Assembly (NCBI GenBank): GCA_944377165.1
Contig: CALWEJ010000003.1
Coordinates: 10,150-74,149, forward strand
Reading direction: 5' to 3'
Source of the DNA: an uncultured Clostridia bacterium
GTDB taxonomy: Bacteria > Bacillota > Clostridia > Christensenellales > UBA1242
Length of the DNA stretch: 64,000 nucleotides
Below are positions 38,658-49,194 of the stretch, piece after piece. The notes under the pieces were generated by a model. The model made no database searches and was not told the origin of the DNA. It saw nothing but the letters and a program-made list of their open reading frames with translations. Every line of letters starts with the position of its first letter. Within the stretch, counting starts at the first letter, position 1. A program made the position numbers and the translations under genes.

Positions 38658-40070
38658 ATGAGAAAGACAAAGATTGTTGGTACAATTGGGCCGAAAAGTA
38701 ATGATTATTCAGTGCTAAAAGAGTTGGTAAAAAGCGGACTAAATATTGTCCGAATAAACCTTTCACACGCACAAGTAGAAGATATTGAAAAAATAGTAAA
38801 AAATGTTAAACGTATCAGAAAAGAGTTGAATGTGCCGTTGCCTATAATGATGGATACGCGCGGACCTGAAATTCGTGTTAAGACATTTAAAGATGGTCAA
38901 GTTGCCATAAAACGCGGTCAGACATTCACATTTACAGGTCGCGATGTCGAAGGTGACGATTCTATAGTTAGTTTTAATCACCCTGAGATTGTTAAATGCA
39001 TTAAAGTCGGAAACAAAATCTTAGCAGTAAACGGACTGTTGACGTTCAAGGTAGTAGAGGTAAACGGTAGCGAAGTTATTACGCGCGCTATGAATTCAGG
39101 AGTGCTTGGAAATAGAAAAAGTTTAAGCATACCTAATGTCAAATTCTCGACTCCTTATCTAAACGACGCAGATAAAGAAAATCTTATTTTAGGAATAAAG
39201 CACGATGTCGAACTTGTCGCTGCTAGTTTTGTGAATTCCGCTGATGATGTAAAAGTGTTAAGAGATTTTATTATAGAAAACGGCGGAGATATGAAGATTA
39301 TATCAAAAATCGAATCGCAGTGTGGAGTAAAAAATTTAGATGACATTATTGCAGTCAGTGATGGCATTATGGTCGCACGTGGTGATTTAGGGGTAGAAGT
39401 CCCTGTTGAGAAATTGCCTGAATTACAAAAGGTAATTATTAAACGCGCAAATCAGGCAGGTAAGCCGGTTATAACAGCAACCGAAATGTTAGAAAGTATG
39501 ATTACAAACAATCGTCCGACACGTGCCGAGGTTAGTGACGTGGCTAACGCAGTTTATGACGGAACTAGTGCGGTTATGTTGTCTGGCGAAACGGCAGCAG
39601 GTAAATTCCCTGTAGAAGCAGTGCGCACAATGGCGAAAGTTGCGGAAGAAACAGAGAAGCATATAAACTATGCAAAGCGCTTTAATTCAATTTTATGTAA
39701 GCCGGACACTACTACAGACGTTATTTCGCATAGCGCAGTTAATGCAAGTTTTATGCAGAAAACAAAAGCTATCGTAGTATTTACAACTTCTGGTTATTCG
39801 GCGCGAATGATTAGTCGTTTTCATCCAGCTGTGAACATTATCGGCGCTACACCGAACGAACATATTTATAGACAAATTGAAAGTTTATGGGGAGTTAAAC
39901 CCGTCCTTACCCCTATATATAACAGCACAGATGAAATGTTTGCTATAGCGGATAAAATCGTAAAGGATAAAAATTTAGCGAAAGCGAACGATAATATTGT
40001 TATTACTTGCGGAACACCTAAGAAAAATGGCCAAACAAGTCTTATAAAAATACAAGAAGTTTCGAAATAA
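38658..40070 (+). CDS. pyk: pyruvate kinase
   Basis: 470 aa starting MRKTKIVGTIGP..., with MVARGDLGVE and ATEMLESM motifs. Confidence 0.96.
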   Translation: MRKTKIVGTIGPKSNDYSVLKELVKSGLNIVRINLSHAQVEDIEKIVKNVKRIRKELNVPLPIMMDTRGPEIRVKTFKDGQVAIKRGQTFTFTGRDVEGDDSIVSFNHPEIVKCIKVGNKILAVNGLLTFKVVEVNGSEVITRAMNSGVLGNRKSLSIPNVKFSTPYLNDADKENLILGIKHDVELVAASFVNSADDVKVLRDFIIENGGDMKIISKIESQCGVKNLDDIIAVSDGIMVARGDLGVEVPVEKLPELQKVIIKRANQAGKPVITATEMLESMITNNRPTRAEVSDVANAVYDGTSAVMLSGETAAGKFPVEAVRTMAKVAEETEKHINYAKRFNSILCKPDTTTDVISHSAVNASFMQKTKAIVVFTTSGYSARMISRFHPAVNIIGATPNEHIYRQIESLWGVKPVLTPIYNSTDEMFAIADKIVKDKNLAKANDNIVITCGTPKKNGQTSLIKIQEVSK

Positions 40071-40098
40071 ATAGTCCATTTGTGAATATAATATATAG

Positions 40099-41007
40099 AT
40101 GAAAGAAAAGATAAAATGGCTCTTTGATAACAAAACAACGCACGGGAAAATAATGCGCTTTTGTTTGTCACTTATTATTATTGGACTAGTCCTACTCGTC
40201 GCATATCTCATATTAAAATACACTGGCACGTGGGAGAAAATAAACAGTATGGAGAAAATACGCGCGTGTGTAGAGAGTGGCGGAGTATTTAGCGCGATAA
40301 TCTTTATGCTACTTCAAGTCCTTCAAACTACTGTTCTGCAAATACCGGCATTTTTTGTGACGGTGGCGGGAGCACTAATTTTTGGTAGATGGGAAGCATT
40401 CTTAATGAGCTACATTTCTGTAATGATAGGTAGCTTAATTATGTTCTGGATTGGTCGGAAAGCAGGAAGAAAATTCCTCTATTGGCTAGTGGGCGAAGAT
40501 ACAGCAGAAAAATGGATTTTAAGATTGTCAAACGGTAAATATCTATTTTTCCTTATGATGGTCTTTCCTATGTTCCCTGACGATATATTATGCGTTGTCG
40601 CTGGGATAACTCAAATGAGCTTTCCGTTCTTCTTCTGGACTAATATCCTAGCGCGCGGATTAGGTATTGCGTGTACAGTCTTTTTCGGCAGTGGCGCGAT
40701 AATACCTTTCAGCGGTTGGGGATTAATCGTTTGGGGAATTATAATATTAGTCGTCGCTATTTTATTCTACTTAAGTGTTAGGTATAAAGAGAAAATAGAC
40801 GAAATATTTAATCAATTCTTTACAAGGAACAAATCAAAGACCAAGGTTAATCAATCAAAAGACAAAGAAAAATTAAATAATAAATCTGCAAAACTAGAGC
40901 TTGAAAATATAAATAATATATCCGATAAAAATCAAAACGAAAATCAAACAAATTTAGATGACTCTAATAGCTCTTCAAATAATAAAGAAGCTAATTTAAA
41001 TAAATAA
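40099..41007 (+). CDS. TVP38/TMEM64 (DedA-related) family membrane protein with N/S/K-rich tail
   Basis: 302 aa and polytopic. VTVAGALIFG...WIGRKAGRKF resembles SNARE-associated/TVP38 family motifs. The C-terminus is low-complexity. Confidence 0.65.
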   Translation: MKEKIKWLFDNKTTHGKIMRFCLSLIIIGLVLLVAYLILKYTGTWEKINSMEKIRACVESGGVFSAIIFMLLQVLQTTVLQIPAFFVTVAGALIFGRWEAFLMSYISVMIGSLIMFWIGRKAGRKFLYWLVGEDTAEKWILRLSNGKYLFFLMMVFPMFPDDILCVVAGITQMSFPFFFWTNILARGLGIACTVFFGSGAIIPFSGWGLIVWGIIILVVAILFYLSVRYKEKIDEIFNQFFTRNKSKTKVNQSKDKEKLNNKSAKLELENINNISDKNQNENQTNLDDSNSSSNNKEANLNK

Positions 41008-41115
41008 CTTGATTGTACTAAATTTGCACTTGATTTGAAATTAAGTTATTTTATTATAGATTTTATTCTCTTCAAAAAATTTTACAATATCGAAAAATTT
41101 TGATATAATATAATT

Positions 41116-41379
41116 ATGGAAGAAAATACTAAAGACGAATTAAAAGATAATTTATATAAATGTCCGAATTGTGGGGCAAGTTTAAGTCTAGAAGACAAGA
41201 AGTGCGCATATTGTGGTAGCTACAATAAATTCTATAAAAAGCAAGAGAAAAAAGACTTAGCAACTAATAAACCCATTGAAAACAATTTGGAAAATTTAAG
41301 CGATGTTGTAGGCGGATTTTTGGGCGGAGTTATTCTGAACGATATTTTTACGGGCAATTCTCCATTCAAAAAGAAATAG
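41116..41379 (+). CDS. small zinc-ribbon protein
   Basis: 87 aa carrying CPNCG-x11-CAYCG. The start is promoter-proximal and leaderless-type. Confidence 0.55.
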   Translation: MEENTKDELKDNLYKCPNCGASLSLEDKKCAYCGSYNKFYKKQEKKDLATNKPIENNLENLSDVVGGFLGGVILNDIFTGNSPFKKK

Positions 41380-41460
41380 AGTTATAAATATATTCCTATA
41401 TTAAAAATGTTGCGATTATATTTAAAATTTAATATAATGTTCGTATAAAAGGGAGAGATT

Positions 41461-42582
41461 ATGGGATTTTTTAAAAGACAGTTTTTGTCAGTAATCGAAT
41501 GGAAAGACGCAAGTAATGATATTATTGTATATCGCTACCCACTTACTGATAGAGAAGAAATTATGAATAGTTCTACTTTGATTGTGCGCGAAAGTCAAGT
41601 GGCAATGTTTGTTCACAAGGGCGAAATTGCGGACGTGTTTGGCCCGGGTACATACAAACTTGCTACCGAGAATATTCCGTTCTTAACTAAGATGCTAAGT
41701 CTTACTACTGGTGGAAATTCTAGAATTAAAGCAGAAGTTTATTTTGTTAATACTAAACGTTTCTTAGGTCAAAAATGGGGCACTCAAAACCCTATAATGA
41801 TGCGCGATGTTGATTTCGGAAATGTTAGAATAAGGGGGTACGGTACATTTGCTTTTAAAGTGGAAGACCCTACTAAATTTATGCGCGAATGTTTCGGTAC
41901 AAATCCTATTTATAGAGTCAATGACATTACTAGTCAATATAAATCAACTTTAATTCAACTACTTACTGATGCGATTGGAGAAAGCAAATTATCTGCGCTT
42001 GACCTTGCAGCAAATTATAAAGAATTAGGCGATTTAGTAGAAGCAAAATCGGTTGAAGAATTTGCTCCATTAGGGTTAAAGTTATCTAACTTTGTTATAG
42101 AAAATTTGTCATTGCCAGACGATGTTGAGAAAATGCTTGATGAGCGCACTAAAATGGGTGTCATAGCGGACAAAATGGGCACATATACACAGTTCAAAGC
42201 AGCTAATGCTATGGAAGAATCAGCAAAGAATCCTAACGGCGCAGGCTTAGCTGGTTTAGGAGTAGGCTTAGGCGCAGGTGTTAATATGGGGAGATTGTTC
42301 GCAGATTCGCTCGATTCAGCTAAAGATAGTAAACGTCAGGTGACTATTCAGTGCGTAAAATGTGGAGCAACGATTCCGGGCAAGTCAAAATTCTGTCCAG
42401 AGTGCGGAGCAACTCAAGCACTTTCCTGTCCTAAATGTGGAGAACCTATTTCTAAAGGAAGCAAGTTTTGCGTAAATTGTGGAGAGAAATTAGAAAAGGT
42501 CGAAAAAGTTTGTCCTAAATGTGGTAAAGTACTTTCATCAAGAGCAAAATTCTGCCCAGATTGTGGCGAGAAGGTCAAATAA
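41461..42582 (+). CDS. SPFH/band-7 domain protein with three C-terminal double zinc ribbons (YdjI/COG4260-like)
   Basis: 373 aa. The N-terminus MGFFKRQFLSVIEWKD... and the body resemble the SPFH 'virion core protein-like' family. The C-terminus has 3 x (CxxCG...FCxxCG). Confidence 0.75.
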   Translation: MGFFKRQFLSVIEWKDASNDIIVYRYPLTDREEIMNSSTLIVRESQVAMFVHKGEIADVFGPGTYKLATENIPFLTKMLSLTTGGNSRIKAEVYFVNTKRFLGQKWGTQNPIMMRDVDFGNVRIRGYGTFAFKVEDPTKFMRECFGTNPIYRVNDITSQYKSTLIQLLTDAIGESKLSALDLAANYKELGDLVEAKSVEEFAPLGLKLSNFVIENLSLPDDVEKMLDERTKMGVIADKMGTYTQFKAANAMEESAKNPNGAGLAGLGVGLGAGVNMGRLFADSLDSAKDSKRQVTIQCVKCGATIPGKSKFCPECGATQALSCPKCGEPISKGSKFCVNCGEKLEKVEKVCPKCGKVLSSRAKFCPDCGEKVK

Positions 42583-42596
42583 GATAGGAGTATAAT

Positions 42597-43046
42597 ATGA
42601 GTTTATTTTCGTATAGAGAAAAAAGATATGGGAAGTTCACTTTCATTCTAGTTGCATTATTGCTTATAGCATTAGCGTGCGCTAGTGTGTATGGCGGAGT
42701 GTATGCCGTTTTAAATATGGCACATTGGAGCAAATACGTTATCTTAGTAGTTGCATCTATTGTAGGTCTTGCGTTAGTTGCCTTTGGATTATTTCTTATC
42801 TTATTTTCGTTTAGTATGATTAATAGCTGGAAAAGTGTGCGCGACGGAAATAAATCTAAGGGTATAGCTAATACTCGCCTATGCGATAAATGCGGTCGTG
42901 TCATTACTAAGAAAGCAGAATATTGCGAACATTGTGGTGCAAAACAACAGACAGGTTTAGGATTAAAAGATTGTCCGCAATGTAAAACGAAAAATAGCGG
43001 AAACGCCGCTTTTTGTGAAAAATGTGGCTACGAATTTAAAGAATAA
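42597..43046 (+). CDS. membrane protein with two TM helices and C-terminal double zinc ribbons
   Basis: 149 aa carrying CDKCG...CEHCG and CPQC...CEKCG. Confidence 0.65.
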   Translation: MSLFSYREKRYGKFTFILVALLLIALACASVYGGVYAVLNMAHWSKYVILVVASIVGLALVAFGLFLILFSFSMINSWKSVRDGNKSKGIANTRLCDKCGRVITKKAEYCEHCGAKQQTGLGLKDCPQCKTKNSGNAAFCEKCGYEFKE

Positions 43047-43071
43047 ATTATTTATTAAGAAATTTATGAAA

Positions 43072-43105
43072 ATAAGGATAGTTAATCTACTATCCTTATT
43101 TTTTT
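43072..43105 (+). terminator. rho-independent terminator
   Basis: ATAAGGATAG-ttaatcta-CTATCCTTAT followed by TTTTTT. Confidence 0.8.
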
Positions 43106-43245
43106 AATTTGGTGTTAATTATAATTTTGGTATTTATTAAATTAATAAAAAAGGAATTATATTAAAATTCTTTTTTATCAATTTGTTTTTCTAATTTTAT
43201 AAACACGACATTATTTATTTTCTAAAGTAATTTTCAAAGAGTACA

Positions 43246-43815
43246 TTATTTTATTTTTTTTAAATTTTCACTTTCTAATTTGTTTACTATTGTAGGAAAA
43301 TGCCTTTTACAAAATTTATATAATCCAGAATCTTTATCAGCTAAAATATTGAATCTAGTGATTCTATCGATAATGTGTTCATCTATCTTTTTATTATATT
43401 CGTTTGTATTTTTATAGAAATATAAATTTATTTTAGATTCTTTGTTTAATTCCAACAAATGTTCGTAAATATTATCAATTTTTTTAGAGTTCAAGATTTT
43501 AACAGGTTTTTCACTAACAACTTCACCTTTAAAAGAAGTCTTTCCTTCCATAAAGTTTGTTGGGTCAACTTCATAGATATAACATACAGCACCGTTAAAT
43601 CTTCGCTTAAGTGCGCCTTCATATGTTTCGTAAAAATAAGGGATATTATCCTTTATACCATATATGCCATCAAAGTCGCCGGCGCTCTCTATTCCTCCAA
43701 AGAATAAAGCGAATTCTGGGCTTGATGTGGCATAAACATATGATTTTCCGTGTGTAGAGATATGAGGTTCTAAAATTTTCAAATCAGGTACGGTTGATAC
43801 GTGATATAATTTCAT
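43246..43815 (-). CDS. hypothetical protein
   Basis: 189-aa ORF with an AAGGAG SD. No family recognised. Confidence 0.6.
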   Translation of the reverse strand: MKLYHVSTVPDLKILEPHISTHGKSYVYATSSPEFALFFGGIESAGDFDGIYGIKDNIPYFYETYEGALKRRFNGAVCYIYEVDPTNFMEGKTSFKGEVVSEKPVKILNSKKIDNIYEHLLELNKESKINLYFYKNTNEYNKKIDEHIIDRITRFNILADKDSGLYKFCKRHFPTIVNKLESENLKKIK

Positions 43816-43954
43816 AATTTCTCCTTAAATTTTAAAGATTTGATTTGAATTATAAATTAATGATATTATTTTGTAAAAATTTTATAGAATTTTTAAATTT
43901 CTATAATTATTTATATTGATTATATATTGGTGCACTATATGTTTAAATATAGAT

Positions 43955-44737
43955 TTAATCGTCTGTGTATTTGAACATTTCGGCTTGTCTTAAAACAGAT
44001 AAATTCTTTTTGTCTTTCTTAAAATTAGTAGAGAAGTTGTTCGCCATTTGTGCAATATAACCGTGTTGACCTAGAGAATAACTATCAGTTTCATTAAATA
44101 TTATGTGGTCACAAAATCCAACATTTAACATTTCACATAAGTTAAATATTGCTTGCGTCGTTTCTAAATCGTCAATACTAGGGTTCGGCGTTCCGTTAGG
44201 GTGAGTGTGGAAAAGCACAAGAGAAGACACAGATGGATTAATAAGTATTTCGGTAAGTCGTTTAATATCTATAGTAATTTTCGTAATATTTTCGCCGTCT
44301 AAGATATGTTTGTCGATAACTTTATATGTTCTATCAAGACATATAATGTAGAACACTTCTTTAGCGCTTATCTCAAAATTTTGTCTAAAATAATCAATAC
44401 AATTTCGGACATTTCTTAAATAAGACACTTTACTTGCGCCTTTTCCGAGTTTGTAAATAGCGAAAAGCTGTGGTAGTATAGATAAAAACAAAGCGGTTTC
44501 TTCGCCAACACCCGCCACCTGTTTAAGTAGTTTTCTATCTGAATCTAATACTCCAGCGATAGAGCCAAATCTATCAATGAGTCTATGTGCTAATTCGTTT
44601 GTATCGCGATATGGTATGGAATATGTTAATACAAGTTCAAGGACTTCGTGCTCGCTAAGAGCAGACAAGCCGAATGACCTAACTTTATCTTTAAGTCGTT
44701 GCCTATGACCACCGTGCAAGTGATTAAACTGTTTCAT
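43955..44737 (-). CDS. radC: RadC-like JAB/MPN domain protein
   Basis: Track ORF trimmed to ATG 44737 (MKQFNHLHGGHRQRLK...). It has an HhH-like GVGEETA and the JAMM motif HTHPNGTPNPSIDD. Confidence 0.85.
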   Translation of the reverse strand: MKQFNHLHGGHRQRLKDKVRSFGLSALSEHEVLELVLTYSIPYRDTNELAHRLIDRFGSIAGVLDSDRKLLKQVAGVGEETALFLSILPQLFAIYKLGKGASKVSYLRNVRNCIDYFRQNFEISAKEVFYIICLDRTYKVIDKHILDGENITKITIDIKRLTEILINPSVSSLVLFHTHPNGTPNPSIDDLETTQAIFNLCEMLNVGFCDHIIFNETDSYSLGQHGYIAQMANNFSTNFKKDKKNLSVLRQAEMFKYTDD

Positions 44738-44843
44738 ACTACCTCTTTTGTACTCGTATAATTTTAACATATTTTAATAAAATTTCAAATAAAAAATACT
44801 ATATTTTATTTCAATGTGTTATAATAAATGCGAGGGGAACAGA

Positions 44844-46199
44844 ATGAAAAAATTAAAATTATTTTTACTTAGTTTAATAATAATTCCGTGTTGCATATTT
44901 TTTACAGCTTGCAAAGAAGAAGCTCCTAATATAGTTAGTGTTGAAAAAACCGTTGTGGACGAAGTTGGAACGGTTTATGAAGTGTTATACGAAGATGGTA
45001 CAACTTCATATTTTGTTGATAAAGATACAACGAGTAGTAGTGAGATTAGTACTAATATATCATTAAATGATATATATCTTTCACTAGTAGAGAATGGGTA
45101 TGAAGGGTCGTATTTTGATTTTGTAAAAGAATATTTATCAGTAGATACTACAATATCAAATACACAATCTGCAGTTGCTAAAGCTATCAATTCAGTAGTA
45201 AGTATTTATACTCCGTCTGGTTCGGCCGGAGCAGGGGTTATATATAAAATGGACGATGATTTAACTTATATTCTAACCAATTTCCACGTTGTGTTTAATT
45301 CTAGCACTTTAGAACCAAATAGTTCAATGTATGCATATTTGTTCGCTGGGGATATATCAATACAAGAAGATTATAACGGATATATATTTGATGGAGATGT
45401 TTTGAATTGCACCTATGTAGGCGGTTCGTCTGATTATGATTTAGCAGTTATAAGTGTACCGACTAGCGAAGTTTTTGCAATTAACGAAAATGCTTGCGCT
45501 GTCACAGTGGCAGACGACTACTATTTAGCAGAAACAGCTATAGCAATAGGTAATCCGAACGCAGAGGGAATTAGTGTTAGTGAGGGTATAGTGTCTGTAC
45601 TCAGCAAAAGCATTGAAATAGAAGACGTTTACGGCGAAATGACTAAGTATAGAGTTATGCGTATTGATACAGCAATCAATCCCGGGAATTCTGGTGGCGG
45701 ATTATTCAATATAAACGGGGAATTAATAGGAATAGTTAATGCTAGACGTACTTATAATAGCGATAGGACAGATAGTGAAAATATTGCATATGCCTTACCG
45801 TGCGACGATGTAAGTGCTGTAGCAAATAAATTAATAGCAACTTATAGAGAGAGTGGAGAAGTTGCTCAACTCACGACCATTTCATTAGGTATTTCTTATC
45901 TAGAAACGAACCACGAATCGAACGTAAACAATTCTGAGATTAGTGTCACTAGTGACCTTGAAATATATACTGTGACAAGTGGCGGTCTTGCGGATGAAAT
46001 GGGAATTATCAAAGGTGATATAATTAGTGCTTTAATAATTAATAACGACGTTCATTATTTAGACAATGCGTATGATTTAAAGAATTTGCTTTTGAAAGTA
46101 AATGAAGGGGATACAATTGCATTCCTAATTGATAAAGGCGATATGTATAAATGCACCGAGCATTTAGTGACAGCAGATGATTTTGTTGTTGTAGATTAA
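44844..46199 (+). CDS. trypsin-like serine protease lipoprotein (S1C/HtrA-like) with PDZ-like C-terminus
   Basis: Track ORF trimmed to ATG 44844 (MKKLKLFLLSLIIIPCCIFFTAC, a lipobox). The catalytic His (TNFHVV), Asp (YDLAVI) and Ser (GNSGGG) are present. Confidence 0.85.
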   Translation: MKKLKLFLLSLIIIPCCIFFTACKEEAPNIVSVEKTVVDEVGTVYEVLYEDGTTSYFVDKDTTSSSEISTNISLNDIYLSLVENGYEGSYFDFVKEYLSVDTTISNTQSAVAKAINSVVSIYTPSGSAGAGVIYKMDDDLTYILTNFHVVFNSSTLEPNSSMYAYLFAGDISIQEDYNGYIFDGDVLNCTYVGGSSDYDLAVISVPTSEVFAINENACAVTVADDYYLAETAIAIGNPNAEGISVSEGIVSVLSKSIEIEDVYGEMTKYRVMRIDTAINPGNSGGGLFNINGELIGIVNARRTYNSDRTDSENIAYALPCDDVSAVANKLIATYRESGEVAQLTTISLGISYLETNHESNVNNSEISVTSDLEIYTVTSGGLADEMGIIKGDIISALIINNDVHYLDNAYDLKNLLLKVNEGDTIAFLIDKGDMYKCTEHLVTADDFVVVD

Positions 46200-46385
46200 T
46201 TTAATATTTTTAGTCAAAATAGTGACAATAAAATAGTTTCATAATTTAAAAATAAGAAATTGTTTTATATGTAAATATAATAAACTATATATTAGTGTTT
46301 TTTATTGTTTAATCAAACATCTAAATTAAAAATATTTAAGATAAGAAAAAATAATATAATTGAAATTAAATAAAAATTAAGACGT

Positions 46386-46417
46386 AAAAAATTCACCAAA
46401 TTATATGGTGAATTTTT
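46386..46417. terminator. terminator downstream of argS (bidirectional form)
   Basis: AATTCACC-(9 nt)-GGTGAATT is flanked by A- and T-runs. Confidence 0.8.
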
Positions 46418-46419
46418 AT

Positions 46420-48090
46420 TTACATTTCTTCGAGTGTATCAATACATATAAGGTTAAAACCAACGGCTAAGCAATTTTTTAATGCCTTAACGAGCGCTAT
46501 TTTAGCATTTATTTGTGTATTTTTGCCTTCTAGAATTTTAGTTGAATTATAATATTTGTTGAAAGTTTTACACATATCCATTATGCGCTTGCTAACTATA
46601 CTTGGGTCGCGTTTAGCTAGTGCAATGTCAGTCGTTTCATTAAATGTATTTATCATTTTAATGAGCCCGAATGCTGTTTCGTCCAATGCAGAATAATCGC
46701 ATTCGCTGTCGTTAACATTATACTTTCTTAGTATGCTAGCTAGACGCGTATAAGTATATTGCATATACGGAGCAGTTTCTCCGTCAAAGGCAAATGCTTT
46801 GTCAATCTCGAACACACTGTCTTTTAATCTTTCCGTTTTAAGTACACTATAATTTAATACTGCACTTGTGACTTTTTTTACGACTGTTTCAGGATTCTCG
46901 ATAGTAAATGTCCTATTTGCAATAACTTCACGTGCTTTATTTGTTGCATATTCAGCTAAATCAACTAAGGTCGCTTGTTTGCCACGTCTAGATGAAATTT
47001 TGCCGTCGGGGAGCGAGAATCTTCCGTATGCAACGTGCTCCATATCTTTGTAGAAATCAAAACCGCATAATTCGATAATTTTAAACAGTTGTTTAAAGTT
47101 AAGTATTTGCGCAATGTCAGTGACATAAATCATTTTATCGAAATTGTAATATTTTTTTCTTTCAATGACTGCGCAAATATCACGAGTTGTGTAGAGTGAA
47201 GTGCCGTCGCTCTTTAAAATAACGGCAGGAGTTAAGTCGTAAGGTGACAAATCAACAATTTTTGCTCCTTCGCTAGTTGTTAATAAATGCTTTTCATTTA
47301 GCATATTTACAACTTGTGGGACAAAAGTATTATAATAATTTTCTCCGCGCCAATCATCAAATTTTACGCCTAAAAGGTTAAACATTTTTTCACTATCTGC
47401 GCGCGCAATTTTAATAATGAATTCATATAAAGGGTAAATTTCAGGGTCTTTATTTTCAATCTTTTTAAATATATCACGTGCATACTGCGTTAGATTAGGG
47501 TCGTCGGCTTCTTCTTTATTAAACCTTACATAATATTCTTGAAGAGCATCATTTCCACGTTGCTTTACGTCTTCAATGCTTCCCCATTTTTTTAATCCAC
47601 CAATAATTTTTCCAAATGGAGTACCATAGTCACCTACATAGTTTAAGCGCTTTACAGTATAGCCTTTTTGTTCGAATAGACGAGCAAGGCTTTCGCCTAT
47701 AATAGTGGTTTTTAAATGTCCAATGTGTAAATATTTTGCTAAGTTAGGGCTAGCATAATCAATACAAATTACTTTATTTTCTCCTTCGTTTGATTTAAAA
47801 GAAGACTTTTCACTAAATTCTTTTATAATAGTTTCAGATAGTTTAGGTATATTCAAAAAGAAGTTCAAATATCCGCCTTGGACTTCCGCTTTTATAATGA
47901 AATCATTTTTCTTAATCGAATTTTTTATTTCTTCAGCAATAAGCATAGGAGATTTTCTTTCTTCCTTTGCCATAGCAAAACAAGGTAAAGAATAATCGCC
48001 TTTATCACTTGAAATACTTTCGATAATCATATCTTCAAAATTTTTATTATTATAGTCTAAATTTTTTGCAATAATTTTCTTAATATTCAT
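46420..48090 (-). CDS. argS: arginine--tRNA ligase
   Basis: 556 aa with a class I HIGH-type motif (AKYLHIGHLKT) and ArgRS anticodon-binding C-terminal sequence. Confidence 0.95.
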   Translation of the reverse strand: MNIKKIIAKNLDYNNKNFEDMIIESISSDKGDYSLPCFAMAKEERKSPMLIAEEIKNSIKKNDFIIKAEVQGGYLNFFLNIPKLSETIIKEFSEKSSFKSNEGENKVICIDYASPNLAKYLHIGHLKTTIIGESLARLFEQKGYTVKRLNYVGDYGTPFGKIIGGLKKWGSIEDVKQRGNDALQEYYVRFNKEEADDPNLTQYARDIFKKIENKDPEIYPLYEFIIKIARADSEKMFNLLGVKFDDWRGENYYNTFVPQVVNMLNEKHLLTTSEGAKIVDLSPYDLTPAVILKSDGTSLYTTRDICAVIERKKYYNFDKMIYVTDIAQILNFKQLFKIIELCGFDFYKDMEHVAYGRFSLPDGKISSRRGKQATLVDLAEYATNKAREVIANRTFTIENPETVVKKVTSAVLNYSVLKTERLKDSVFEIDKAFAFDGETAPYMQYTYTRLASILRKYNVNDSECDYSALDETAFGLIKMINTFNETTDIALAKRDPSIVSKRIMDMCKTFNKYYNSTKILEGKNTQINAKIALVKALKNCLAVGFNLICIDTLEEM

Positions 48091-48342
48091 TCGACGATTA
48101 TATCATACTAGTTGAATTTTTGCAAGTATTTATTTTAATGTAGCGAAGTGGATTTTAGTGTAAGTATATTATCAAAATAATTTTATCCTTTACTTTGTTT
48201 TAAATAATTTAACTCATAATACAATATTCGAGCATATAAGTCACAAATTTAAACAAAACTAGTATCTTTTCGACAGTTTATACTACACGAATTATTTTGT
48301 CTAAAAATATAGATTTAGTAAACTTTTAAATAAGGGGGAAAT

Positions 48343-48684
48343 ATGAGAAGAAAGATTAAAGGTAAATTGTATTTTCTAGCACGTGATGCGAAAACTAGAA
48401 TGCGAAATTATAATAAAGAGAAGTCAATTTTTGAGCAAATACCATATTCAAAAGTGACGTTAGGTGTGCACGAGCAAGAACTCTATGACAGAGTTTGTAA
48501 GATTCTATCTCGCGACGAAGTGGTAATCAATCCAATAAAAGAGTTAATTGATACAAAATATTATAATTCACTATCACTTGAAGCCAAACAAAAATACATA
48601 ATTGACCTATCAAATAAGTATAAAGAAATGAAGTCACGCTATGAACGTGAGCACGAAGAATGGGCAAAAGTATCTAATATTTAA
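48343..48684 (+). CDS. hypothetical protein
   Basis: 113-aa ORF with a GGGGGA SD. No family recognised. Confidence 0.55.
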   Translation: MRRKIKGKLYFLARDAKTRMRNYNKEKSIFEQIPYSKVTLGVHEQELYDRVCKILSRDEVVINPIKELIDTKYYNSLSLEAKQKYIIDLSNKYKEMKSRYEREHEEWAKVSNI

Positions 48685-48738
48685 CAAATTTTGTAAAATA
48701 CCTTTGACTTTTGTACAAAAAAGTATTATATTTTTAAT

Positions 48739-49167
48739 ATGAGTGAAATATATAACAAAGGTGTTGGTACGAACAATAATATGAATGAGTCTGAGATATT
48801 AGAGAAGGTTTGTAATTTTTTGCAAATAGATATGCCTAGACTTTCTAGCCAAACGGTTGCAGACGGAGTGAGAGAAATTTGCGTAGCAAAATTATGCGCA
48901 ACTTTAGGGATTAAGTGTAAATATAATTATAAGAATGAATTTTTTAGTATATATTCATCAATTATTGGTGAAGCTGTATCACAAATTTTAAACCTAAAAT
49001 TAGATATTGCGCCTTTTGAATTAAAATATGTGAGATATAACGGAATAAATTTTGTTAATCACGCTTGTGACCTTTTAAAGTCGGAAGATTTAGACGAAGC
49101 TTTTATAGATATGTTTAATCTAGTTGATGATCACAAAGACGTATTGAAACAAATTCCTATAAAATAA
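48739..49167 (+). CDS. hypothetical protein
   Basis: 142-aa ORF. The promoter TTGACT-17-TATATT ends 6 nt before the ATG. Confidence 0.55.
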   Translation: MSEIYNKGVGTNNNMNESEILEKVCNFLQIDMPRLSSQTVADGVREICVAKLCATLGIKCKYNYKNEFFSIYSSIIGEAVSQILNLKLDIAPFELKYVRYNGINFVNHACDLLKSEDLDEAFIDMFNLVDDHKDVLKQIPIK

Positions 49168-49194
49168 AAAAAATATAATTTTAGTCTGTTATTA

